A DNA stretch of 32,220 nt from Diploschistes diacapsis (GCA_023645945.1 JALAIB010000108.1:1-32220); one strand, 5' to 3'; shown: positions 1 to 12,339, numbered from the stretch's first letter. The notes: generated from the letters alone by a model not told the origin. Made by a program: numbers and translations.

Positions 1-28
1 CGCTGACGGTGCTTTGGTTTTCCTGCAG

Positions 29-345
29 ATTACAAGGTTCTGGCAGCCGGCTCGGTCCTGCCGCCGCCGGACCAGCGGTTCGTGAGGCAGCAGCTGGCGA
101 CGCTGCCGGCGAGGCTGAAGATGGCGCAGGAGAGGGAGATGGGGGAGATGATGGGGAAGCTGAAGGAGGTTAGTTGCCCCGTGTCTCTCTTGTTCTCGTT
201 CTGCCTTACCCATCCGGTGCTGACGAGGCGCTCTGCCTAGCTTGGGAATGGCATACTCAAGCCGTTCGGGCTGTCGACGGACATGTTCAACTTTCAGAAG
301 GACGAGAAGACGGGTGGGTACAACATGTCTTTTGGCAATTCATAG
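29..345 (+). CDS. 3' end (last two exons) of a TPR-repeat protein, TTC1-like; 5' part lies outside the window
   Basis: Exons 29-168 and 241-345, intron 169-240 (GTTAGT...GCTGAC...TAG). Spliced C-terminus ...AQEREMGEMMGKLKE|LGNGILKPFGLSTDMFNFQKDEKTGGYNMSFGNS* matches the conserved TTC1-family tail as I recall it. Confidence 0.85.
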
Positions 346-1170
346 CGTGGAGCGTATTACCGCATTCTGGACATAGACATGGGCGGCTCGTTGTCGATGT
401 ACGGTGTACGGTGTCGTCGATGCAAAGTGTCGAGTCACGACCATAAGACATCACATCGTATGCATACGAGACTAGACTGTTGGGTATAATTATATTCTGT
501 AGGCTGCTCGTTATCGTATGTGCAAAAAAAAATCAAAGAAAGTACCGCACGCTTCCGTTCAAGACTCCGAAGACATGCCATGCAGGGGGTATCATCGCTG
601 GAAAACAGATTGTCCCCATCCGCCCACAACCCGCACGCCACGCGCCAAAGACAAACGCCACGAGGCATCGCAACAAGCAGTTAGCACCTTGGGAAAGACC
701 GCTGTCTGTCCCTTCCTCGCTCAGGCTGCAGCCACACCGGGAGTGAAGCCGCTGCACTGTTGAGGATCATCGTAAAGGGGTATAACTACCTGGTGACATG
801 GCCGCGAAAAAGGACAGTAGCTGTCCGCGCTGCCCGTGCCTGCATCCATCAAGTCATATCCGCGAACGGACGCTCTCGTGTGGATGAGACCGAAAAGGAA
901 GAGCAAGCGCAAAGAATAGAGAAAGGAAAGTAAAATTTTGGTATAGTTCTGGGTCGTGTTGAGAACCATGTTAGCTAGGGATCTTATCGGCCCCCTTTTC
1001 ATCGCCTTCTCAAGATCCTTATTTTTCCAGCCAAGTAGCCCCCGTAAAGATAGATCGAAATGAATGTTGGGTGACAAATACATGCTTGGTGAGTGCTGGA
1101 AAACCGTGTGATGAAGTATCCAAGTCAAGCAATATCGATGATCGCAATGAACTCGGAGCTTGGAGAAGGC

Positions 1171-3014
1171 TCAGTAGTCCTCACCGTCATGGCAACTGAA
1201 AACACCGCCGTTGGGCTCCAGGAAATTGAAGTGAGAGGTCGTGCTTGAGGGGGGCTCACTGCTGTAATATGCATTGGTGCTACCGTTGCCAGTGCTGGAG
1301 ATGGATCCGCTGCTGTGGTAGCCGTCGACAATACCGTTGCCGAAGTTGTTCCCACCAAAAGCGCTCGAATCCATCGCACCTTCACCATAAGTTCCTGCCA
1401 TATTGCCAGCACGGGAGTTTGGAGCGATCTGGTTGGAGTACCAGAACGGATCATTGAGTTGACTGGGCTGAGGGTAGATACCCATTCCGACGTTGGAATT
1501 CGGCGCTCCGCCCATGGTCGAGTAAGACGTGGGCTGACGGAAGCCACTCGGACTGTGGTAACTCCAAGCTTGAGCGTCGGGACCAGCTTGGAAAGTGGCA
1601 TTGCTGTTGCCCGGGAAATTGTTGCCCCAAAGCTGAGCATGAGTGTTGTTGAGGCCAATGATGCCATCATGGCCAGGGAAAAGATCGTTCCACATCTGAG
1701 TGTTAGCGCCGGCTTGCTCCGCGTTATCGCCGCTGCCTGAAAGAACACGGTTCCAATGGTTGGTACCGTGACTGGCTGCTCGAGTGGAAGCCCGGAGGTC
1801 GTTCTCTTCATCTTCGATGCTAGACTGAACTTGAGCAGCTTGGTTGTTGCTCTGACGTCTCAAGTTGTAACGGCTCTGAGTGCGAGTAGGGCTCGCGGGA
1901 GAAAGTTTGATCCTGTCCGGGACCACTGCCGAGGCAGCTGGTGACATCTCATGGGCCGAGAAGTCGTCACTGTAATCAGCGTCCGGGGAGGAGAGCTCAC
2001 TGCTCTCTGCATCGGTAGAGGTCGAGGCCTTGCGACCTCCACGGGCCTTCTTCACAGGAGCAGCTTTGCGTTGACGATTACGCTTCCTGCCGTTACGAAC
2101 GAGCTCCTCGACTTCATCATCTTCCAGCGGAAGACCAAGATTGGCAACCTTCTGCGCCGCAGCAGTACCCATATCTGACTTCACCTTCTTCGTCTTGTTC
2201 ACGCGACGATTGGATGTAATACGCTAGAACAAGGTCAGCAAGCATCGTCCATAGAGGACAAAGCCTTGACTTACACCCATGCTTTGCTTTACCCCATCGA
2301 TAAAGGTGTTCGTATAGTCATAACCAATGAGGTGACGACACACCGTTTTGCAAGTCTTAAGTGCGGGCAAGATCGAGTTCATGTGATCAGCAAAGCTCAT
2401 GAATTTGATGGCCTTGAGGTTGTCCGGATTGTCTGGATCAAGGCGTCCGTTAAGCTGGTGGTACTCTTTAACCCGTCGCTGGAAATGGTCAACTTGGTGT
2501 CATAGGTAAGTCAGGAATGGGCCAAGTGCTTACCACAATGTGCCAAGCAATGTACTCAACGCGCTCAGGCCGGTTGACAACCTGTCTAAGCCAATGATCC
2601 TGCATCTTCTGGCCATCCACAAGGTCTTCCATATTCAGCATCATGTAAAGAACCGCCCTTACCCATGCAAGATCTTCCTGATCGTTCTGCGGATAGGTGG
2701 GATCGGTAATGAGCTTTGCCGTGTGGCGGGTTCCCTCAAATGCTTCCACTTCCGCATAGTTACGGTACCTCATCCGGGGTAGAGCATGATTGGGTGCCAT
2801 GTACTCCCGACTGATATCGATACCAGCGGGATTATCTAAGTCGGTTCATCTTACAGCTGCTCCAGGGTTCTGAGCCTGTCACTCAGCTTACCTTGATCCG
2901 GCATCGGGACTTGAATTGAATTAGTTGGGTGAAATCGTGGAGGTTAGCGATATGAAACTTACCATAGAAGTTGCGCATGTCCACCCCAGCGTACAGAACG
3001 TTACGGTGGTCCAT
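1171..3014 (-). CDS. Fungal-specific hypothetical protein (~542 aa, 5 exons) with basic NLS-like segment and S/N/G-rich disordered C-terminus
   Basis: Exons 3014-2963, 2909-2892 (18-nt microexon), 2835-2534, 2478-2275, 2223-1171 join in frame through four GT-AG introns (1629 nt). Contains LKTCKTVCRHLIGYDYTNTFIDG and RITSNRRVNKTKK motifs and RNGRKRNRQRK. Confidence 0.75.
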
Positions 3015-3639
3015 TGCGTTACACGATGGTACGTCGGAGCTGTAGCAGAAAATATGAAATTCAGTATTGCAATGCTCTCGGAAGGGATCAAACACCCCAA
3101 GAGCGCAGTTCGAAGCTTTGAAGACTCGGGATAAAAGTAGTAGCTCAACTATACGAAGAGCTTTCGGTGGCTCAGCGAGGGAGGGGTGAGACTTACCGAT
3201 ATTTGCAACTTGTACCACTAGGTTACAACTTCAAGGTAAAGAAGAGAATTTGAAGGGCGTTGCAAGCCGGAAGATCTCTATGAAGCTTGAGATGGGCGAA
3301 GTATCTCACAGATTCGAGGCCTCAAGCTTGAGCGTCGTGTAAATGGTAGAAAGGAAAGAAGCTCAGAGAGGGAAAGGCAGCGCTTTTATAAAGCCCCGGC
3401 AAAAAGTGACCGCTTAGAGATGCCTCCCGGTTGTAGATGACATCCCGCTATACAGTCATGAGTTCAGAAGTTTTGAAAAAGCGTCGTAGTAAGTCTTCGT
3501 TGAGCTTTGCCGTGTTCTCCGCCCCAGCTTGAACGGGAGCGGAATACAATTGGCACGTGGGGCGGAGGTCGGGATTAAAGCGTTGTGCGCGGGAGAGAGC
3601 CGTTGATGCTGAGAAGTGTTTGTCATTCACCAATAACCT

Positions 3640-4440
3640 AAGAAAGTGCCCGGCAGGTGGCGGTTGTCATGTGCTATTTAGTAATTGAGCAAGCAATTGT
3701 CGATCGCCAATGTGCTCAAATACTTGTCAGGAGACCAAAGAACTCGACGTTCTTTCCTATCAATAGGCAAGAACTTTTGAGACGGATGGGAAAGTGATCG
3801 AGAGGTCAGAGCCGACATCAGGCGCAATGAAGCAAGAAAATCATTCTATTGTCCGTATTAACAATCATACACTCGAGAAAAGTGAGATACATGCCATTCT
3901 GTATGGCTTCGTATTGCTATAAGCTATGACCCTCTACTTCGTTCCAGATCATGGCCTTCCAGTCCCTTGCAAGTGATCAGCCCTCCTAGGGAAGATTCTC
4001 CTTTTTGGACCTCCACAAATTTGAACAGAATCGCAAAAAGACTGCGGAATAGCACGAGAATGATACACAGAAACCGGTAGCGAAGACTGGAGTCAAAGAC
4101 AGAGCATCTTACAATTGATGAGAACCAAGGACTCACCTTACTGGGAGGGACGACGGCGGTTAGTCAGTACATCAGGAAACAGATGGTATCCTCTCACCTT
4201 ATATCAGATAGGATGTTCTCCTCTCAAGCAGCAACTTTTCGTTACATAAATACTTTCGCGTTGTTAGCGACATTGCGTTAGTTATGGTAGTTATGTACAG
4301 TTGGATCATGGTGCTCCATATACTCCCATTCTTGTTGCTGGTTTTTGACGTCTCGAAGGCTTTCTGATGGATATCCCTCATATATACCCTCATCAATTAA
4401 ACCCTCGCCTTAAAGATAGCCATAAGACGGAAGATTAGGC
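3640..4440 (-). pseudogene. Possible decayed multi-exon gene of unknown family
   Basis: Well-formed intron 4197-4141 (GTGAGA...CTAAC...CCCAG) and second intron-like segment 4136-4087. The upstream frame (GEGLIDEGIYEGYPSESLRDVKNQQQEWEYMEHHDPTVHNYHN*RNVANNAKVFM*RKVAA*EENILSDI) is broken by TAA/TGA stops explicable as C>T changes. Boundaries are approximate. Confidence 0.35.
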
Positions 4441-5467
4441 GCCTTCCCAGTACTGAGAGGGTCAATGCCGGGGGTACATGACTCGAGGCGTCAAAAGAAG
4501 GCTCGGTTTTTAGTGGATCGAGGTCGCACCGTTCACCGTGGCTTTTACATCAGAAGAGATACTGTGAATTTGTTTCAAGTATTGTGGTCACCCTATATCT
4601 TTTAGCTGTGTATCAGCCTCTTGAGGATCTCGAACCATACTGCCTTAGTGAGCTCCTACGGAGACTCCGGATCCCTCCATCACAAGCACGTTCAAAGAGT
4701 GGACACGGGAACGAGGGCACCAAGTCTCAGCTGGCTTAGACACCGATCTGCTCTTGGATTAGTGTTGCCTGACAATTGGCAAAGTGGCTTACAAGATCAG
4801 TATGCTTGTGTTCGCTTGCTTAATTCTGAAACCTTAATGAGTTGTCAGTATGATCTGCGAGAGATTGATGCATTAGTATTAAGTTAATATGTGTGATGCA
4901 TCCTGGACTCAGTGCTAGCCGCTTCGTTTGTACCGATGTGAGATCTAATACCATAGGACAACCACAGACTCGACTCGAACGCTCTTCTTGACGAGTCTCG
5001 CTTGACTGCAAAGTATTCAGATTAGACGTAGGTACGCACTTACATATAGCACCGCTTGTGGGCATGCTGGTTTGAAGCACTGCAAGCGTGAGTCTACATG
5101 CCAGAGTCTGCTGTCAAAAAGAGAGCTCGGGGAAAGTGGTACAGATTAGAACATTTTGGGAAGTTTGAGGAAAGAGGATGAATAGATTGCAGCCACAGGA
5201 GTCTGCGTATGCCATATTCATATTCATATTCCGAGAACTTGTGTCAACAACCTCTCAGCTTCCTCTTGAAATATCACGTGCCCGCCAAGCCGTTTAGCTC
5301 ATACCTAGTTCATTTCCAACATAAACCAACCCAGCGTCGCTAGCCAAGATGCGGATTGAAGCCGCCAAATTAACTACATAATAGATCTCTAAATGGAAAC
5401 GCTGTAAAAGATCCAAAACTGATAAGATAAGGGCACAAAGCCCTCTGTCAAAACACTTAAAAGCATC

Positions 5468-5990
5468 ATATCAACCCCTATCCATTCCCTCGTCGACCTC
5501 CTTATCCTCCCGTCGCTCTCGGAGGCATCCTCGCTGCCGCCGAGATCCAGCGCACCCGAGAGAACAAAGCCAGGCGCTGAGCAGCAGATCCGTCTGCCCC
5601 CTGCATAATTCAACCAGCAAGCAGCGGTGAAGCTACGACAAGAACGGATAGATAGAGAGAAATACCTCCGCTCCGCCACTTTCTGTCGGGCCAATAGCCT
5701 ACCGCAGCTCTCCGTATCATTCCAGCAGCCAAACCCCTAAAGTATCCTTGTCCTCCTCCTCCTTCTTCTTCTTCTTCTTCTCCTCCTTTTCGGGCGGTGG
5801 TTTGCGCTGTCGTCTACAGAGCCAGCGTCAGCGGGAAGAAGTAGAGTGCCAAGGCGAAGGTGAAGGAGAAGAAAGCGGTTGCGAGCTAGGCGACGATGGG
5901 AAAGGCGAGGGTTACGAGGTAAGAGAAGGCGGCGGCGAGGGAGGCGGATCCGTAAATTGTTAATGAAAGGATAGATAAAAAGAGCCTGTA
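5468..5990 (+). pseudogene. Possible RIP-degraded ORF (P/S-rich then K/A/E-rich low-complexity protein)
   Basis: Frames read (ATA)STPIHSLVDLLILPSLSEASSLPPRSSAPERTKPGAEQQIRLPPA*FNQQAAVKLRQERIDREKYLRS... and ...SVSGKK*SAKAKVKEKKAVAS*ATMGKARVTR*EKAAAREADP*IVNERIDKKSL*. The interrupting stops are TAA/TAG (CAA/CAG with C>T), and a frame change is needed near the CCT/CTT tract. Confidence 0.4.
5752..5787. repeat. Compound trinucleotide microsatellite (CCT)n(CTT)n
   Basis: CCTCCTCCTCCTTCTTCTTCTTCTTCTTCTCCTCCT seen directly. Confidence 0.85.
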
Positions 5991-6313
5991 ATGTCGCAAG
6001 AAGATTTTTTGAATTGAAATTAGACCGCGGCTGCTGACAAAGCAGGCGTACTCGTCGGGATGAGTCGTAGGTGCACAATCACTTATGCCGGCCCGAGCTG
6101 TGCATGACTTAGAAGCTAGAGTCGGGAGCAGAAAGGCTTTGCGAAGTACTTGGTCCTGATCTGGCATCCAAGTTTCCTTCAACCTTCATCTTCCGAGTCT
6201 TTGAGCTATATTCTTGAGCTCCCTGCCTTCTCCGCAGGGAAAGAGGACACAGGAAGTTGCAGAGGTTTACACAGCATTCTGAAACATCCTCCCCAAAGCA
6301 AAAACGCCAGTTG

Positions 6314-8009
6314 TTAATCAAAGCATTCGTTCCATCTGCCTCCGCTTCTTGCAAAACCGAGGCTATCTGTGAACTGGCTCAGGGTACAACGCCCAAGCGA
6401 ATCAGCGCCACAGCTGGCTAAGGGTATTACCCGGTCGTTGACCAAGACTCGTACCAGCTCTTCGTCGTATCCACTACACTGCATTTTCTCAAAATATGCT
6501 CGGGACGCGAATGGCACGGTCCAACTCGCGCTGTAGCCATTGGTCTCGAGTGGCTCTTGCAGGGAATGTCTACTCAAAGGCTTCGTTGCATTGTACAAAC
6601 CTAGAGCAGCGAATATGCCGCTCATATCGCTGCCGCAAACATCAGCTAAAAAGGACAGCAAAGTAAGAGGGGACATACTTATCGTGGGAGAAGTCCGCGT
6701 ATAGGGCTACACTGGGACCTAGCGGAAATGTCTCATTCCAGCTGTCTAACGTATGGTTGACACTGGTATGGTCTTTGATAGGTGAGCTAGTCATGCGAGC
6801 AATGAGCTCGTTGACGAAACCTACGCCTTGCGTAGGACCCAAGAGATTGCCATTACTGTATCCATAGTATTTACCCAATGATTGGAAATAGTCGTACTGA
6901 TGCCACTCATTTTCGCTGAAAAGATGACAAAATGAAGACAGCTTGCCACTCATTGAGGCAACTGTTTCAAAAGGGCACAGATCCATCATCAAGATAGTCT
7001 CCATCAGTGTCAAATTTGCACCAAGAAGATCCCGGTTCAATCTGGCCGTTACTTGAGGTCCGAATGTGGCAAGCCAAAGTGCTTGAGCGCGGCTAGCCAA
7101 GTCAGATTCAGGTCCATCCTCGAATCTATCGCATAGGCCGTGATGCAGGGTGTTATTGCTATCAGCGTCTTCGCTAATCTCCAAGATCGAATAAGGATAG
7201 GAACCAATGATCCCTTCTGCAGTCTTTGCGGAGTGGAAGCCCTTGGAGAAGTTCCCGGCAGACCCTACAACTCGATCTTGGCCTGCAGCCCGGATGAAAG
7301 GCACAAACGATCGGGTAAGAGTCTTGTATCGATGATAGAATTTGACACCGGAGTCATACATCTCGTTTTGACCAAATCTAGTGAGCTGACCTGCTCCTAG
7401 GGTAAAGGTGAAATCTTTCAGGAAAGAGTATTTGCCTGGAAAAGACGCAACATTGGTCTTGATCTTGTCAACCAGCCAAGCATAAGTCAGAGTCTTGGAG
7501 AGGGTTGGGTCTCGCGATCCATGGCGTGAAAGGACTTGTACGAAAGTTATATTGCAGCTGTCGGGGATGCTGGCAGTAAGCTCTGACGGCACCGAGAAAT
7601 ATGGCGAGTATTGGCCCCAGTAATGGGATATTTCTGGATGGCAATCAAAACCATGAATGTGGTTATAGCAAGGCTTACTGATGGCCGATGATCGGAGGCT
7701 ATCCATTAGTTAACAAAATGAATCAGTCGGTAATAGTAGACACTGCACGAAGTCTCACAAGTTGATTGAGATTAAGGCGCCGCAGTATAAGAGTAATAGG
7801 AGACCAAGCGTATGCCAGCAAGGGTACCTCAACCACGTCGACTTTTGAATCCGCTTCTTGGTTCGCAGGACGGCTAAAAGGTCTTTGACATCTTTACCGT
7901 TTTCAACGGCTCCAACGGTTCTAACGTTTATGACGTCTTCAACATCTTCAACGTTTTCACATTCTTCTAGATTCTGAACAAGGTGATAACTGGGCTCCGG
8001 CGATTCCAT
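6314..8009 (-). CDS. Histidine acid phosphatase / 3-phytase A-like, with N-terminal extension and probable membrane anchor
   Basis: Exons 8009-7759, 7698-6679, 6629-6314. Catalytic RHGSRDP and ADFSHD motifs, phytase-type WGQYSPYFS and [12 protein letters not shown] segments. Hydrophobic stretch [18 protein letters not shown] follows a basic patch. Confidence 0.92.
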
Positions 8010-8264
8010 TATGCCGTCGTGGACATCATTTAGAAAGAAGTCATGGGAGGCCAACTCTCTAACCAACCTTGAATCCTTCTAGATACAACAGTCAGATTCT
8101 CAATGCGGCTGATCTACATGTGCCATCGGTATCTAAGGTTTCCGAGGGGGTTCGGTAAGGTCTTGGCGATAAAAGAGGACAAAATCTTTACTCATACCCT
8201 TGTAACATATTGCTCATCTGAATCAAGTAATACGAATCTATCAAAAATCGTCCACTCCTCTTAC

Positions 8265-10081
8265 TCATATCGCCCGCCTCTTTAGCATGACAGTGGCGGT
8301 CTTGTCCGGCAAGTTCTGCGTCTCGAACTCCATGCTCAGCGGCCTACTCTTTCTCGGCGGGAAATTGAAGTCATACTCAAGCAGCAAGTGCACCAGTATC
8401 ATCTTGATCTCCGCGTCGGCGAACCACCGACCGGGGCAGGCATGGCTGCCGTAGCCCCATGACATGTTCGACAGGTTCGCGGCAACGTACTGAGTCTGTC
8501 CGCCACCAAGCGGATTGGCTTGCCGCATATCATGGAAACGGAAGCCCTTGAACTCCTCCGGGTCGGGGTAGTTCTCGGGATCCAAACCAATGGCGTGTGC
8601 AGGGACACCGATCTGGGTGTGAGCCGGAAGGACTTGGCCGTCTTTCAGGACGAGATCCTGGGGTATGACGCGCTCGTAGGTGACTGGGATTCAATTAGCG
8701 GCAGCCAACGTGTTGGGTGTGCTGATGACGAACTAAGCAGCAGCGGGTTGAAGCGTTGACTCTCGCGCATGAAGCTGTCCAGCTTCGACATTTTCAAGAA
8801 CGCCTTCTTGGTCAAAGCTCCCTCTTCTTCCAACGCTTTGGTGATCTCTTCCCGTAGAGGCTCAACGTATTGGGGCATAGCGCAGAGATCATACAATATG
8901 TGAGTGATGGCAACGGCGCTGGTATGAATCGCAGCGAACGCCACGTGCAAATTTATATGCGACAGCGTCTTGTTGGTCCGATGTTCCCTGTTATCCAGCA
9001 TCCATTGGATCAGATCTGCGTTCTTGGTGCCCTTCTCTTGAGGATCCGAGCGCGCCGATAGCACGGGGGAGATGAGGGAATCTGCCAAGGCAAAATGCTT
9101 GAAGATCTTCTTTACTTCTGGGATGAAGAACTTGACCAGCTGACGTGAATATGCAGGGAAATCTTTCAGTCGTTGAGCGGCTAGAAAGCTGTCTCCGGTG
9201 AAGTCAATCATCGTATCGGTCCATGGTTCGTGCCGGCTGAGATGGGTACCTCCGAACATGCGACTAGATGCTCGAGCTACAGTTCTTGTGAGGATGTCCG
9301 CTGCATTGAGTTCTGTCCAATCTGCTTTCTCCGTCAGCAATCGGACCGTACTCAGGTCGCCATCAGCATACCATCGCACGACGGAATCAAATCTACGAAC
9401 GAAGCCTTTATCTCGTCGTCGACTTCGGGTAAGATAGCCGCTAGCCAATATTAGTGATAAGATGCTTTGGCTGTTGTCTACCTTGGGAACATACCGAGAT
9501 GTTGATTCAGCTGATTCTTGATGATTCGGGGATGGAGCGTCTGTTCTGTTCCAATAGTGGTGACTTGGCCTTCAAACATCTAGACAGCACATCAGCAATG
9601 GTCCTTCTGGAAATAAGTATCTTTGGTTCCTCACTTCGACAAAAGTTGCAGGGAAATCTGCTTGCTCAGCGACTGCGTTCTTCAATTCTTCCACATATTT
9701 TGGTGGAACCATGAGTCGTTCACCCCTGGCTGTAGGTACGTAAAACAGCCCTCCCTTATACTTCAAATTCATTAGTTGATTTCAAAGCTTAAGATCACTA
9801 ATTCCTACTTTGCGATAGCCTTCCAGAAGGATATTCTTAGATCCATGTCTGAACTTGACTCTCAGGTCTTTTATATCGACGCCTTCCTCTTCGAGCCCAG
9901 CAACAGGGACATCTTTCAACAATCTTTGATGTTTAGGCCGAGGGAGAAGTACAAAGAGTGCCACAACAGCCAAGGCAAGTATTGCCAGGAACTTTGGAGC
10001 GCACAGCAAAGTCAGCGGCACTATAGGCACAAGATCTTGCCAAACAAGAGGCTTTGAGGAGTCGTTTCCTTCCATGGCCAT
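8265..10081 (-). CDS. Cytochrome P450 monooxygenase A (ent-kaurene-oxidase-like terpenoid P450 group)
   Basis: Six exons, five GT-AG introns (after GYRK, FVE, QHL, SCD, PLLL) join in frame. N-terminal TM helix, I-helix AFAAIHTS, ExxR (ESQR), FKGFRF, heme motif WGYGSHACPGR. Confidence 0.93.
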
Positions 10082-10602
10082 ACTGATGGGTACGCGGATA
10101 GATTGAGTGGTGCAAGGCTTATCAAAGTTAGCGTTTGTGGCTTGTAGGTTTTACAGTGAACGGATCGAAAGAATCTTTGTCTCATATCAGCACAGTGCTG
10201 AGATATGAGAATAAGTGTCTTGTCCTAGCACCGGCCATCCCAGTATAAATACCCAGAAGGGCACAGACACTCGGCTATCCAAGCTTTGGCCATGAACTGC
10301 TTTCAAGTCGGAGCTGCGGAGCCATGACCATGCGGCTGCTTCTCTATCCTACGTAGCGCTGATGCATCTTCAGGGTCCATGACAGTCCTTCACCTTCCTA
10401 CCGATGCTAGGAGTTTATGTATGCACTTCCTACGGGGTCCCTCCATTCGGGAAGCACCCGATTTTTACGCAGAAGGGAGCTTGCTAACGAGAATTGATAC
10501 TAAACACAGCTAGCACTGCTGTGTGCTGCCCAATTATTTCCGTGCGCAAAAATTCTGTTCGAGTATCTACTAACAATCGTGTTCGGAAACGATCGTCACT
10601 TT

Positions 10603-11625
10603 CTAGTACACGAATTTTTCACCTACAAGCTTCTCGCTCAGAGCCCAGAGCTTGTCCTGGTTTTCCACGCCCACCGCATGCGGCAACAGCGGTGTTTCAA
10701 AGATGGCTCCGTGGTTCAGGAACGCTCCGGAATGGTCCTTCAGATCGGGGTCCAGCGCACCGTACAAGGTGGTAGACGCACCGGCTGCAAGAGATTTGGG
10801 TGCAATGTTCGGCATTGGCGCGCCGTTCAGCGCCGCGGTGGCGATTCGGTGGCCCTCTGCGAACATTTCCTTGGTGATGTTCGCCATCAGTTTGCTCTCG
10901 AAGATCAACCCGGGATTGAGCGTGAAAGAGTACACTCCCTTGGCCTTGAGCTTGTCCGCTAGGGCATGGGTGAAGAGAATGTTGGCGGTCTTGGACTGGG
11001 CATACGCGTACCAAGCGTTATAGTCCTTGCCGCCGTCGAAGTTGGGGTCGTCGAAGTGAACGCCGCCGGACATGTAACCCAGGCTCGAGACGTTGATGAT
11101 TCTCGAGTCAGGTCCAGCAGCAATGATCTCGTCCATGAGAAGGTTTGTGAGGAGGAAATGGCCGATGTGGTTAGAGGCAAACTGTAGCTCGATTCCGTCC
11201 TTGGATTCCTCGAAGTTAGGAAGTGCCATGATACCGGCATTATTGATCAGAATGTCAAGCTTGTTGGTCAAGGTCTTGACCTCAGCGGCAGCTTTGCGGA
11301 CCGAAGCGTTGCTTGCAAGGTCGAGCTCGACGAACTTTGTGGGGACACCTGGGCTCTCCTTGGAGATCTGGTCGATGACTGGCTGGATCTTGCTCAGGGT
11401 GCGGCCCGCTAGAATGATCAAGGCGGGTTTCGCGACGGCGATGAAAATGGCCGTCTGGGCTCCAACGCCGCTCTCACTTGGTCCAGTGATCAGAACTGTG
11501 TTCTCACGATTAGTAATGTCCAGCAACGAGCATCAAAGAGGCTGCTTACTGGTCTTTCCGGGCACGCGATCCGCATATGCCTTGACCACCTCATCGCCAG
11601 GAGTATCATTTGAGAATGTCGGCAT
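10603..11625 (-). CDS. Short-chain dehydrogenase/reductase 1 (retinol dehydrogenase/WWOX-like, ~322 aa)
   Basis: Exons 11625-11550 and 11495-10603. TGPSESGVG Rossmann variant, INNAG, FASNHIGHF, NVSS and YAQSK catalytic motif. Confidence 0.93.
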
Positions 11626-12130
11626 GATGAGTCTTTTTTCGACAGAAATGCTTTTGTGAGCAATGGCTTCGCACTGTGAATGTGGTATTGAGACTATTAT
11701 TTAAATGAACGGGGAGATGCTGTATTTGTTGAAAGCTATATGCAGGCTAGCTATATGCTACACTGAGAGCTTCGATGGGAGACACCTTTGTTATTTCCTA
11801 TCCTTCCATTGTTGCAGCCTGACCTCATGTAGCACGGCATTTGTCATCCAGCAGGAGGCTGTCTCATTCACCCCGTAAAGGATGATCATGAGTTGACAAT
11901 CCGACCAGACCCTAGGACGCTGATTGATCGCACTGTCAGGTATGCGGCACACATTTTTGAGGTCTTGTCCAGGATGTTGTCGGCCCTTTCTCATTCTGTG
12001 CGGCAGCCGACTATTACCAGACTTTCCCTAATCCATCCAACCTTCCGAAGAATGCATAATGCATAATTCACAATGCATAATTTTATTCAAAAGATACGTG
12101 ACTCAAGTTATGCACTTGTGCAATTCATTA

Positions 12131-12339
12131 ACGTCTTTCCCCAGGAAACGGAACACCCCATGAAGCGGAACACTACATTATAATGTAATTACGCTAGATA
12201 GTTTTAAGCGAGCTTTTGAGCCCCACAACCACACATAAAATTATTTGTATGAAACTAAATCTGTTTTCAACTACGTTATACGAAGGTGCAGGGATTGTGT
12301 TCCGCTTCGTGGGGTATTCCGTTTCCTGGGGAAAGACGT
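12131..12339. mobile_element. 209-bp MITE, Tc1/mariner-pogo (Fot1-like) type
   Basis: 43-bp TIRs 12131-12173 (ACGTCTTTCCCCAGGAAACGGAACACCCCATGAAGCGGAACAC) and 12297-12339, 41/43 identical, both differences transitions. TA on both flanks (12129-30, 12340-41), ACGT termini, internal direct repeat GAARCGGAACAC in the TIR, AT-rich non-coding core. Confidence 0.92.

Noticed and set aside
435..1128. Several 74-135 aa ORFs between the TTC1-like gene and the hypothetical gene
   Set aside because: Overlapping on both strands, no motifs or splice support; likely convergent 3' UTR or intergenic DNA.
10494..11659. Long + strand ORFs opposite SDR1 (also opposite the MFS, SDR3, acyltransferase and TF)
   Set aside because: Antisense shadows of codon-biased real genes; no recognisable motifs.
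12050..12082. AATGCAT repeated three times
   Set aside because: Short low-complexity repeat with no evidence of function.
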